Assembly (NCBI GenBank): GCA_036524115.1
Contig: DATDCY010000315.1
Span: 41,917-105,916 of the forward strand
Length of the DNA stretch: 64,000 nucleotides
DNA from: a bacterium
GTDB taxonomy: Bacteria > JAUVQV01 > DATDCY01
Direction: 5' to 3'
Under the pieces are notes generated by a model that did no database searches, had not been told where the DNA came from, and worked only from the letters and a program-made list of their open reading frames with translations. The position numbers were made by a program, and so were the translations under genes. Position 1 is the stretch's first letter; the number at the start of each line of letters is the position of its first letter. Below are positions 8,832 to 17,080 of the stretch, in pieces.

Positions 8832-9157
8832 CGGCTTCCCTTTCCCGGATGAACGTCGTCCCGCCCCTGTTCCTTGAACTTCGCCGCCGCGGCGCCCACG
8901 CCGGCCTTGAGGGCTTCCCAGGAGGTGTCGACCTTCTTCCTGGCGGCGTCCCACGTCTCTTCGCCCGCCGCGGCGAGCTCCGAGAGCCTGGCGCCGGCCT
9001 CGTGCATCCTTCGGTCGAGTTCCTCGAGCTGCCTGGTGACCTCGATCTGCGCGCCCGCCTTGGCCCCCGCCGCCTTCGCCTTGAGCTTGGCGACGTCGGC
9101 CTTCCACTCGTCCAGCTGCGCTTGATATTTCTGCCGGTACAGTTCCTTCTCGTTCAT
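8828..9157 (-). CDS. Coiled-coil protein, unknown function
   Basis: The internal ATG (MNEKELYRQKYQAQLDEWKADVAKLKAKAAGAKAGAQIEVTRQLEELDRRMHEAG) is preceded by GGGAGGA. The sequence is heptad-like, rich in Ala, Lys and Glu. The long listed ORF 8828..9334 has an Arg-rich, implausible N-terminus. Confidence 0.55.
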   Translation of the reverse strand: MNEKELYRQKYQAQLDEWKADVAKLKAKAAGAKAGAQIEVTRQLEELDRRMHEAGARLSELAAAGEETWDAARKKVDTSWEALKAGVGAAAAKFKEQGRDDVHPGKGSR

Positions 9158-9200
9158 CGCCAGTCCTCCCGTCGTGTTCCCTTCCGCCGTGTGGCCCGCG

Positions 9201-11174
9201 TCACTCCGCCGACCCCGGGCCGCGCCCGCCACCTCTCTGACGCTCGTCTCCCGGGAGCTGCTGTCTTTCCTGCTCGCCCTTGCGTCGCGGCCCCGGCGGG
9301 ACCGTCGGCAGCTCCGGCGGCGCGATCGCACCACCCTGCGGTTCCGGCACTCTCTTGAACTGGTGCCGGCCGGCCGGCGGCTGCGGCTCGCGAACTGCCG
9401 CGGCCGGCGGCTCTGGTCTCGTGAAACCCGGTTCAGGCCTTGCGGCCGGCGGCTCTGGTCTCGTGAAACCCGGCTCCGGTCTCGCGGGAGGCGACGCCGG
9501 TCTCGTGAAACCCGGTTCAGGTCTTGCGGCCGGCGGCGCTGGTCTCGTGAAGCCCGGCTCAGGTCTTGCGGGCGGCGGCGCCGGATACTGCGCGGGACGT
9601 TGCGCAGGAGGCCGCGCCGGTTTCGTGAAGGCCGGCTCCGGCCTCGCGGCAGGCGGCGCCTTCGGGGGCGGCGCCCACTGTTCCAGTTCCTTCTCCTTCA
9701 CGACGTTCCTGTGCGCCGGCGGCTTCCTCCCCGGCTGGAAGGCGGACTTGTCCCTGGTCGGGGCCACGACTCGCATCTTGATGTCCCTGGCCTGCTTGTC
9801 GAGCCGCGCCGGGGGCAACGACGTCCGGGTGATCTGTATGTCCGGCCTGGGCTGCCGGGTCTCCCGTATCGGCTTGATCTCCGGAATCGGCGCCCTGCCG
9901 ATGACCCTCAGATCGCCGCCGCCGCCCCGCTGGAACGGGTTGCGCGCCGGGGCGATCCGCCCCTGCCTGATCTTGCCCCGCAGGAAGTTGTCCCGCTGGA
10001 CCACCACGACGCCGTTGTTCACCGTGCTGTTGACGTAGACGTTGGTGATGTTGATATTCGTCGTCTTGTAGACGTTGACGCTGCCGGGGCCGTAGTTCCC
10101 GTACCCGTAGTAGACCTCGTTGTACCCGAGCGGCACCCAGCAGACATCGTCCCCGAGGATCGACCAGCCGACGTAGCCTGGCGACCAGTAGGCCCTCCCC
10201 CGCGGCGCGACCCAGAACCAGCCGAAGGAGACGCTCCAGTTCCACCTGCCGAAGTGGAAAGGGGCGTACCAGGGATCATACGAGAGCCAGACGTAGTCGT
10301 TCGCCTGCCAGACCCAGCGGCCGTTGGAGTACGGCGACCAGCCCGGGTCGACCGCGGGAACCCAGACATAGCCGTAGGTCTGGTCACTGACCCAGCGCCC
10401 GGAGGAGTCGAACTCGTGGGCGTACGGCGAAAGGTCCGCCGGCAGATAGCGGCCGCTCGCGGCCGGCTGGTCGTACCGGTCCGCCCGCGACGCGATCCAG
10501 GTGTCCCAGTCGTCGGGGCTCGGCAGGAAGTCCAGCAGGACCCTCCCGTCGGGCCGGAGTTCGGCCATCCGGCCGGCGCTCACGTCGGTGATGCCGTCCG
10601 TGGTCTCGAGCGCGAGCGTGCCGCTGACGACGCCGATCTGGGCCGTGCCGTCGGGCAGGGTGTTGACCCTGAAGCGGGCCGCGCGGAAGGCGCGGATCGA
10701 GGCGCTGGGCAGATCCACCTGGACGACGGAGCCGGGCCGGTCGAAGCCCGTCACGTCGAAGGCCGCCTCGCCCGAGACCAGCGCCAGCTGGATGGTGTCG
10801 GCCCGGCTGCCTCGAAGCATCCGGGTGATGTCGAGCTCGGACTGGTAGTTCACCCAGGCCGTCGCCCCCAGGGGAAAGCGGACCTCGGTCCTGGCGCCGT
10901 CCTGCACCCAGATCCGATCGCCGACCCGGAGCGAGAGGTTCGGCGCCACGGCGGCCCAGTCCTCGTCGTCCGTGCTCCGGAGCAGCGCGTTGCCGTCCAG
11001 GTACGTCACGAAGGCCAGCCCGAGGCCGTCGGAACTCTCCTCGGCGACCTGTCTGGCGGCGTCCGCCATCGCGCCTGGACTCGTCGCCCGTGGAAGGTAC
11101 TGGCTGGTCGCGAACGACGCGTCGAGCATCAGCGTCATGCTCACCAACAATGGGAGAACGATCTTCCTCTTCAT
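9201..11174 (-). CDS. Secreted FecR-like/Trp-rich domain protein with C-terminal Pro-rich tandem repeats
   Basis: The true start MKRKIVLPLLVSMTLMLDASFA (signal peptide) is preceded by GAGGAGGAAG. A FecR-like beta segment is present (LRVGDRIWVQDGARTEVRFPLGATAWVNYQSELDI). An aromatic-rich block is present (WVWQANDYVWLSYDPWYAPFHFGRWNWSVSFGWFWV). The C-terminus has five (PEPGFTRPxPPAAR) repeats. Confidence 0.6.
   Translation of the reverse strand: MKRKIVLPLLVSMTLMLDASFATSQYLPRATSPGAMADAARQVAEESSDGLGLAFVTYLDGNALLRSTDDEDWAAVAPNLSLRVGDRIWVQDGARTEVRFPLGATAWVNYQSELDITRMLRGSRADTIQLALVSGEAAFDVTGFDRPGSVVQVDLPSASIRAFRAARFRVNTLPDGTAQIGVVSGTLALETTDGITDVSAGRMAELRPDGRVLLDFLPSPDDWDTWIASRADRYDQPAASGRYLPADLSPYAHEFDSSGRWVSDQTYGYVWVPAVDPGWSPYSNGRWVWQANDYVWLSYDPWYAPFHFGRWNWSVSFGWFWVAPRGRAYWSPGYVGWSILGDDVCWVPLGYNEVYYGYGNYGPGSVNVYKTTNINITNVYVNSTVNNGVVVVQRDNFLRGKIRQGRIAPARNPFQRGGGGDLRVIGRAPIPEIKPIRETRQPRPDIQITRTSLPPARLDKQARDIKMRVVAPTRDKSAFQPGRKPPAHRNVVKEKELEQWAPPPKAPPAARPEPAFTKPARPPAQRPAQYPAPPPARPEPGFTRPAPPAARPEPGFTRPASPPARPEPGFTRPEPPAARPEPGFTRPEPPAAAVREPQPPAGRHQFKRVPEPQGGAIAPPELPTVPPGPRRKGEQERQQLPGDERQRGGGRGPGSAE
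9411..9661. repeat. 42-bp tandem repeat (about 6 copies) inside the FecR-like gene
   Basis: The unit is ggtctcgtgaaacccggttcaggccttgcggccggcggctct, with degenerate copies. It is read on the plus strand. It encodes the ARPEPGFTRPAPPA repeats on the minus strand. Confidence 0.7.
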
Positions 11175-11357
11175 GGTCTTCCTCCTCGGCGCAAGGCCGC
11201 CCTTCCTCGGAAGGTACGCTGGCTTCGCCGCAAGGAACATGGGGTGTTCCCTCCATGCCCGCGCCGTTCTCGCGCGCTCCCATTTGTGGCAGTATCTCGT
11301 CCTGGTGCCGGCATCGGCGCCTCGCTCGGGGGCTGAATGTACCTGGAGGAAGACTGC

Positions 11358-11843
11358 ATGGTGGCAAGGCCGCTTCAACCGGGGGATCGATCGAGGATCA
11401 GGGAGATGGTCGTCTCCACCGGGAACTTCAACGACGAGGAGATCGCGACCGCCCTGGAACTCGTCGACGAGGCCCTCGCCGACGGCGAGGAGAGCGGGTA
11501 CATCTTCGTCGTGATCGAGGATGGCACGGAAACCCCGGCCAGGGTGCAGGGCTACGCGTGCTACGGTCCGACCCCGCTCACCGACGGCGTCTATGACCTC
11601 TACTGGATCGTGGTGCATCGCGCGGCGCACGGGAAAGGATACGGCCGGCGGCTGCTCAGCCTGGTGGAGGAGGACGTGCGCAGGCGCCGGGGCCGGAAGC
11701 TCCTGATCGAAACGTCATCCCAGGAGTCGTACGCCGGCACGATCCGCTTCTACGAGCGCAGCGGCTATGCGCTGGCGGCCCGCATCAGGGACTTCTACAA
11801 GGTCGGCGACGACAAGCTCGTCTTCTCGAAGGACTTCGCCTAG
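11358..11843 (+). CDS. GNAT family N-acetyltransferase
   Basis: The acetyl-CoA motif is VVHRAAHGKGYGRRLL, with ...RFYERSGY. The ATG at 11358 has GGAGGAAG upstream. Confidence 0.8.
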   Translation: MVARPLQPGDRSRIREMVVSTGNFNDEEIATALELVDEALADGEESGYIFVVIEDGTETPARVQGYACYGPTPLTDGVYDLYWIVVHRAAHGKGYGRRLLSLVEEDVRRRRGRKLLIETSSQESYAGTIRFYERSGYALAARIRDFYKVGDDKLVFSKDFA

Positions 11844-11845
11844 CG

Positions 11846-14767
11846 GTGGACGCCGGATCACCGAGCGGCTGGGCGCGCCTCGTCGGCGCCGGCGCCTTCG
11901 CGGGCGAGGGAAGCTATCCGATCCCGGCGTACTCCGAGTTCATGCCGGCGGTCCGGCTCGGGGTGAAGCCGTATCGCAACGCCGTCGACCCGCTGTTCTT
12001 CTCACGGGACGACCCCCACGGCTGGCCGATCTCCGAGCGTGAGGAGCACCTCGAACTGCGCCCGGGCATGGCGAGCATTGCCGCCCAGGTGCTCAGGGCC
12101 CTGCGGCAGCTTGTCCGCGGCGAACGCACACACGGCCTGGCCGGCAGGATGCTGGCGGGCAATCCGTACTGGCCGTCCGATCTGGCGGCCGGGCTGCAGG
12201 CGACGCGGCCGGCGACGCACGTTGTCATCCTGCCACTGGCGCTCTCCCGCACCCAGGACGAGATGGGCAGGGTGCGGTGGACGCTGTTTGGCGGCAGCGA
12301 ACACGGTCCGGCTCTGCCGTTCTGGAAGAGCTTCTTCGTCGCTCCGGGCCGGGAAGCTCCCGCGGAGGACGCGCTGGGTTTCTTTCGCGAACTGCTCCTG
12401 ACGGCGTATGGCGAGTCCGTCGATTCCTGGGATGAGTTGCGGCGGGCGGGTTTCCGGCTGCTGTCGCCCGAGGGAAGCGGGACATCCCTTCCCGGCTGGG
12501 CGGCGCCTCTCGTGTGGCAGCCTGGCATGAGCCTGGCCGGCGTTCGGTTCCTGCTGGCGTTCCAGCCGTTCAGCGAGCTGCCCGGGCCGGTGCGCGAGTC
12601 CTACCTCCGCGGGGTTCTCCAGCTGCTGCCGTTTCCCGGGAGCCTTCTCTTCTGGGGAGACCCGGGGTCCCGCGCACTCCGGAAGGAACTGCCCTCGGCC
12701 GGACAGATTCCCCTTCTCCACAGCGTGCGCCGGCACGAGGCCTGGCACGGCATCCGGGTGCCGCAGTCCGGGTGGTTCCACGAGCCGCGGCCCGGCCGGC
12801 AGGTTCCCCGGGGCGACCTCGGCCCCCTGCGGGAGACCTTCCGGCGGACGCATCGCCACGCCCGGGTGCACCGCCACGAGGATGCACTGGAGATCGGCGC
12901 CCGCGAGGAACGCGTGGTTCACGGGCTGTTCAGCACGCGTCCCGAGGACCTCGGGCTCTACGGCAAGCCGATGGCACGGAACAGCCAGATCTGGTGCGAG
13001 GAGCACCGGCTCGTCCTCGACGGCCCGAGCGCCGGGCGCCCCGAAATCGAGGCTGCCGTTCGGCGCATCAAGGAGGGAGGCCACTTCGGCTACCGGTTCT
13101 TCTACCCGCCGATGACGGTGGGATCCCATCAGGTCGTGTGGCATCGGCCGCTTGTCGCGTGCCTTTCGCCGGACGGCGGCGCTTCGGTTCTCGACGGCGC
13201 CCCGGCGGGCTGGCTGACCGCGACTGGTGGCGGCGACGGCCGCGACCTCGAGTTGTGGCCGCGCCTTCTTGACCGCCCGGGCTATCGGGACGCCGTGAGC
13301 CTCTTCAAGGACGGTGTCCACGAGCACAAGACGTTGTGCCGGAGCCTCAGCCTCCTCGAGGCCCGGGAGCTGCTTGGGGGCCGCAGGCTCTCCCGCCCCT
13401 TCGCCCGCCGGCTCGTCAACCTCCCGCGCGGGCGCGACCTGGAGAACTGGATCCGGGACGTCTCCCAGGCGCGAGCGGCCGCCGACACGGGCGGGAGGCT
13501 GGCCGAACTGCTCGCCGGATGCGTCGATCCCGAGACCACCGGGCAGGCGCGCACCCGGAGGACGGAGCCCGCGGGACTGACGTACCGGCGCACCGCCCGG
13601 CGTTCATTCGAGGAATCCTACTGGCGGCGGATTGCCTTCCTTGCCGGCGGGCGCTACGTGAACAAGGCCAATGCCGACTGCGTGCGCGACGCGACGACCC
13701 TCGCCCGCCTGCGCCATCATCACCGGGACCTCGAGGCCCTCGGCGACCACCTGCTCGCGTATTACCGCGCGGTGGCGGCGCGCCAGGGGCTGCGGCGGCG
13801 CGTCATCGTCGGGGAGATGCCGTTCCGCTGGCACACGGACTTCGCGTTCGACTGGTGGGGCGGGTGGCTGGCCAACCAGCACGGTCTCACGGAGGAGCGC
13901 AACCTCGTCGTGGTCATTCCCGGGCGCGACCGCAGCCGCGCCGTGATCATGAGCGATCACTACGACACGGCGTACATGGAGGACGTCTACGCCGAGGGCG
14001 CCGGGGGCGGGGCCCGGCTCGCCGCCGCCGGGGCCGATGACAACCATTCGGCGACCGCGGCGCTGATGGGCGCGGCGCCGGTGCTGATGGAGCTGAGCCG
14101 CGAAGGGCGCCTCGGCTGCGACGTCTGGCTGATCCACCTCACCGGAGAAGAGTTCCCTTCGGACTGCATGGGAGCCCGGCACCTGTGCCAGCGCCTCGTG
14201 GACGGTACGCTGCAGGTCCGCAGTGCCGACGGTCGCTGGCACGATCTCTCCGGCGTCGCCATCGACGGCGTGTTCGTGCTCGACATGGTGGCTCACAACA
14301 ACCCCGCGGAGCCGGACGTCTTCCAGATCTCCCCCGGCACCGGCGGGCGGGCCGTCCAACTGGCCTGCCAGACGCACGAGGCGGCCGAGGCCTGGAACGC
14401 AGCGGCTGCGTCCTGGAACCGGCGGCCGGGGAGGCGCGGGCGACCGCGGGGCAGGCGCGGCGCGACCGAGACGGCGGTGCCGCCGCTCGCGCCCCACCCG
14501 ATTCTCGACGGCCAGGTCCGGCTGCCCCACGACCCGCACAGCACGCTCTACAACACGGACGGGCAGATCTTCTCCGACGCGGGGATCCCGGTCGTCCTGA
14601 TCATGGAGAACTACGACATCAGCCGGCAGGGCTATCACGACACCCACGACACGATGGCGAACATCGACCTCGACTATGGCGCCGCGGTGGCCGCGGTGGC
14701 GATCGAAGCGGTGGCCCGGGTCGCGGGCACGTCCCCGAACCGTCGCGTGGAGCTGGTCAGGGGCTGA
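11846..14767 (+). CDS. Large protein with C-terminal M28-family zinc peptidase domain; N-terminal about 650 aa unassigned
   Basis: M28 metal-ligand motifs are present (SDHYDTAY, GADDNHSATAALMG, HLTGEEFP, YHDTHDT). The GTG start lies 3 nt after the GNAT stop. Alternative downstream starts are possible. Confidence 0.6.
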   Translation: MDAGSPSGWARLVGAGAFAGEGSYPIPAYSEFMPAVRLGVKPYRNAVDPLFFSRDDPHGWPISEREEHLELRPGMASIAAQVLRALRQLVRGERTHGLAGRMLAGNPYWPSDLAAGLQATRPATHVVILPLALSRTQDEMGRVRWTLFGGSEHGPALPFWKSFFVAPGREAPAEDALGFFRELLLTAYGESVDSWDELRRAGFRLLSPEGSGTSLPGWAAPLVWQPGMSLAGVRFLLAFQPFSELPGPVRESYLRGVLQLLPFPGSLLFWGDPGSRALRKELPSAGQIPLLHSVRRHEAWHGIRVPQSGWFHEPRPGRQVPRGDLGPLRETFRRTHRHARVHRHEDALEIGAREERVVHGLFSTRPEDLGLYGKPMARNSQIWCEEHRLVLDGPSAGRPEIEAAVRRIKEGGHFGYRFFYPPMTVGSHQVVWHRPLVACLSPDGGASVLDGAPAGWLTATGGGDGRDLELWPRLLDRPGYRDAVSLFKDGVHEHKTLCRSLSLLEARELLGGRRLSRPFARRLVNLPRGRDLENWIRDVSQARAAADTGGRLAELLAGCVDPETTGQARTRRTEPAGLTYRRTARRSFEESYWRRIAFLAGGRYVNKANADCVRDATTLARLRHHHRDLEALGDHLLAYYRAVAARQGLRRRVIVGEMPFRWHTDFAFDWWGGWLANQHGLTEERNLVVVIPGRDRSRAVIMSDHYDTAYMEDVYAEGAGGGARLAAAGADDNHSATAALMGAAPVLMELSREGRLGCDVWLIHLTGEEFPSDCMGARHLCQRLVDGTLQVRSADGRWHDLSGVAIDGVFVLDMVAHNNPAEPDVFQISPGTGGRAVQLACQTHEAAEAWNAAAASWNRRPGRRGRPRGRRGATETAVPPLAPHPILDGQVRLPHDPHSTLYNTDGQIFSDAGIPVVLIMENYDISRQGYHDTHDTMANIDLDYGAAVAAVAIEAVARVAGTSPNRRVELVRG

Positions 14768-14841
14768 CGACAGGGCCGCGGGGCCAGGCCGCCGCCGGGT
14801 GTGCGGCGGCGGCCTGGCCACGAGCGATCAGCAGGGTGTTC

Positions 14842-16239
14842 TCAATGCCCGATGCAGGACTGCGGAGTCGTCCCGTTGGTGGCGCTGTTGGTGCCGTCCG
14901 GGCAGGTGGTCATTTGCCAGAGAACCCCGGTGAGCGTGGCGCCCGTGAGATCGGCGCCCGTGAGGTCGGCGTTGGCGAGGTTGGTGCCCGTGAGGTTGGC
15001 GCCGGCGAGATTGGCGCCGATAAGCTTCACACCCAGGAGATTCATCCCGCTGAGGTCGGAGCCGCTCAGGTTGATTCCCGACAGCGTGCAGAATGCGAGG
15101 CCGTTGGTCGCGGTGCTCCGGAGCTGCGCGGCCGTGAGGCCGATCGCCCCCGTCAGGTTCGCCATGGAGATCGTGGCGCCGGTGAGGTTGGCGCCCGTGA
15201 GGTTGGCGCCCGTGAAGTTCACGTCGTTCAGGTCGAGACCGCTCAAGTCGAATCCGCTCAGGTCCAGGCCGGAGAGATTGCACCCTCCCGGGGAGACCGC
15301 GCTGCGGAGCTGAGCGGCGGACAGCCCCGTCACCCCGGTCAGGTTCGCGCTTCCGATCCTGGCACCGGAGAGGTTCGCGCCGGTGAGGGTGGCCCCGGTC
15401 AGGTTCGTGCTGACGAGCCTGGCGCCGGCGAAGGTGGCGCCGGTGACGTTGGCGCCGGAGAGGTTCGCGTAGTCGAGATTGAGCGCGCTGAAGTCGAAGC
15501 CGCTCAGGTCGAGTCCCGCGAGGTTGCAGCTCATCAGGCCAAGCTCGCCGATCCCCTGGAACTGGCCGGTCGAGAGCCCGGTGGCGCCGCTCAGATTGGC
15601 GCCCTTGAGGCTGGCGTTGGCGAAGGAGACGCCGGCGAGGTTGGCGCCCGAGAGGTTGGCGCGCTCGAGGTTGTAGCTGGAGAAGTCGGATCCGTGGAGG
15701 TCGGCCCCGTGAAGGTCCACGTTCGGGCTGTAGGTGGCCAGGACGCAGATCGGGCTGCCGGCGTCGTCGAACCCATTGAGCACGAAGCGCGCCGGGCAGC
15801 GAATCCCGGCCACCGTCGCGATGCCGGGGTCGCCCTTGTCTCCCTTCGGGCCGGGAAGACCGGGCACGTCGCTCGTGGCGCTCCACAGGGCGTAGGGGAC
15901 CACCGGCAGCGCCATGCGCTTCAGGAAGGCCCCGGCCTTCACCTCCACCCAGAGCTGCTGGTTGGCGAATGCCGCCTCGGGGAGGTCATTGAGCGGGTCC
16001 ACGCTGCCGAGGCGGTGGGCCACGGTCTGGTCGGCGGGAACCTTGTAGGGCTTCGACTCTGCCCACAGGGCGGTCCCGCCCTGCGCCACGTCGAAGAGAC
16101 GGAACGTGAACGTGTAGGTCCTGCCCGCCGTGAGCGTGGTCTTGACGCTGATGGGCAGCACCGGCTTGACGGGGGCGGCGTGGGCGATCTGGGGAAGGAG
16201 CAGGGAACAGACAGTCAGAAACACCGGGAACTTCCGCAT
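14842..16239 (-). CDS. Secreted pentapeptide-repeat protein with short collagen-like G-X-Y segment
   Basis: The signal peptide is MRKFPVFLTVCSLLLPQIAHA. GLPGPKGDKGDPG is present. More than 40 A(N/D)LxG pentapeptide units follow (ANLSGANLAGVSFANASLKGANLSGA...). The RBS is GGGAGG. Confidence 0.8.
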   Translation of the reverse strand: MRKFPVFLTVCSLLLPQIAHAAPVKPVLPISVKTTLTAGRTYTFTFRLFDVAQGGTALWAESKPYKVPADQTVAHRLGSVDPLNDLPEAAFANQQLWVEVKAGAFLKRMALPVVPYALWSATSDVPGLPGPKGDKGDPGIATVAGIRCPARFVLNGFDDAGSPICVLATYSPNVDLHGADLHGSDFSSYNLERANLSGANLAGVSFANASLKGANLSGATGLSTGQFQGIGELGLMSCNLAGLDLSGFDFSALNLDYANLSGANVTGATFAGARLVSTNLTGATLTGANLSGARIGSANLTGVTGLSAAQLRSAVSPGGCNLSGLDLSGFDLSGLDLNDVNFTGANLTGANLTGATISMANLTGAIGLTAAQLRSTATNGLAFCTLSGINLSGSDLSGMNLLGVKLIGANLAGANLTGTNLANADLTGADLTGATLTGVLWQMTTCPDGTNSATNGTTPQSCIGH

Positions 16240-16390
16240 GGATCCTCCCTTCCTGCACGCAACGGAACGCCAAGGTACCTGGGAACGACCGATGCTAGGC
16301 CGCGAGATACCGCAGTGTCAACGCGAAAAGGTAAGGATTGGCGGTCGACGGCACCGTGCGCCGCGTTCGTCGCTCGCTGCGCGAACTGTG

Positions 16391-16420
16391 TTGACCTGCC
16401 GGGGAGGGGGAGGGTAGATT
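16391..16420 (+). promoter_or_regulatory. Candidate sigma70-type promoter for the beta-barrel protein gene
   Basis: TTGACC - 18 nt - TAGATT lies about 50 nt upstream of the ATG at 16474. It is in the divergent intergenic region. Confidence 0.3.
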
Positions 16421-16473
16421 CACCGCGGGTGCAGTGCCATCCGGCGCGAACTGCCGGGGATAAGGAGCGAGCC

Positions 16474-17058
16474 ATGAAGAAGATGCTGCGTCTCGTTGTC
16501 GTTGCGGTGGCGCTGGTCGCGGCTGCCGCCGGACCCTCGGCCGCCCAGGAACTGCGCTTCGGCGCGCAGGCCAGCTATGGGAGCTTCTCGGAGTTCGGCG
16601 TCGGCGCGCGCGCGGAGATGGACCTGGGCCACCTGGTCGAGAACCTCAGCGTCTCGACCTCGCTCGATTACTTCTTCGAGAGCGACGGGACCGATCACCA
16701 CACCGACGCCTTCAGCCGCGTCTACGCCTACGACTACGAGACGAAGCTCTGGGCCCTCAACGTCAACGCGATCTACGACCTGAGGATGCTGGATATCCCG
16801 GAGACGTTCCAGGTCTACGTCGGGGGCGGGCTGAACTACACGAACGAGAAATACGACTACCCGTACTCCGGCCTCTACTACGTCGGGTCGTACGAGCGCC
16901 GCACCGACAACGACGGCTTCGGGCTCAACGTGCTCGCCGGCTGCCGCTTCAACCTCAACCTGATGGTCGTGCCGTTCGTCGAGGTGCGTTACACGCTGGG
17001 CGGTGTCGAGGACCAGTTCATCACGTCGGTGGGCGTGAGCTACTCGCTGCCCCGCTAG
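16474..17058 (+). CDS. Outer-membrane beta-barrel protein (OmpW/OmpA-like small porin family)
   Basis: AAGGAG precedes the ATG. The signal peptide is MKKMLRLVVVAVALVAAAAGPSAAQ. Aromatic residues alternate, and the terminal residues are ...VGVSYSLPR. It is embedded in the spurious long ORF 14185..17058. Confidence 0.7.
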   Translation: MKKMLRLVVVAVALVAAAAGPSAAQELRFGAQASYGSFSEFGVGARAEMDLGHLVENLSVSTSLDYFFESDGTDHHTDAFSRVYAYDYETKLWALNVNAIYDLRMLDIPETFQVYVGGGLNYTNEKYDYPYSGLYYVGSYERRTDNDGFGLNVLAGCRFNLNLMVVPFVEVRYTLGGVEDQFITSVGVSYSLPR

Positions 17059-17080
17059 CGCGGCGGCGCCCGGTCTGCGG

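Noticed and set aside
11237-11253. GGAACA-N5-TGTTCC inverted repeat in the divergent GNAT/FecR-like promoter region, and a TGGCAG...CGTCC segment considered as a sigma54 promoter
   Set aside because: The 6-bp inverted repeat is short and could be chance in 180 bp. The sigma54 match lacks the conserved -12 GC at proper spacing. I left it uncalled.
9174-11336. 720-aa plus-strand ORF over the FecR-like gene
   Set aside because: It is antisense to a gene with a signal peptide, RBS and repeat structure. It is Arg/Pro-rich low-complexity.
12002-14821. Several long minus-strand ORFs (12002..13327, 13604..14821) and plus-strand 12514..13272 and 13336..14040 inside the M28-domain gene
   Set aside because: They overlap in alternative frames the ORF that carries a coherent M28 motif set. 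They lack motifs. I kept the single plus-strand gene.
14185-16473. N-terminal 760 aa of listed ORF 14185..17058
   Set aside because: It is antisense to the pentapeptide-repeat gene and Arg/Gly-rich. Only the last 194 aa (a signal peptide and a beta-barrel, preceded by AAGGAG-ATG at 16474) look real.
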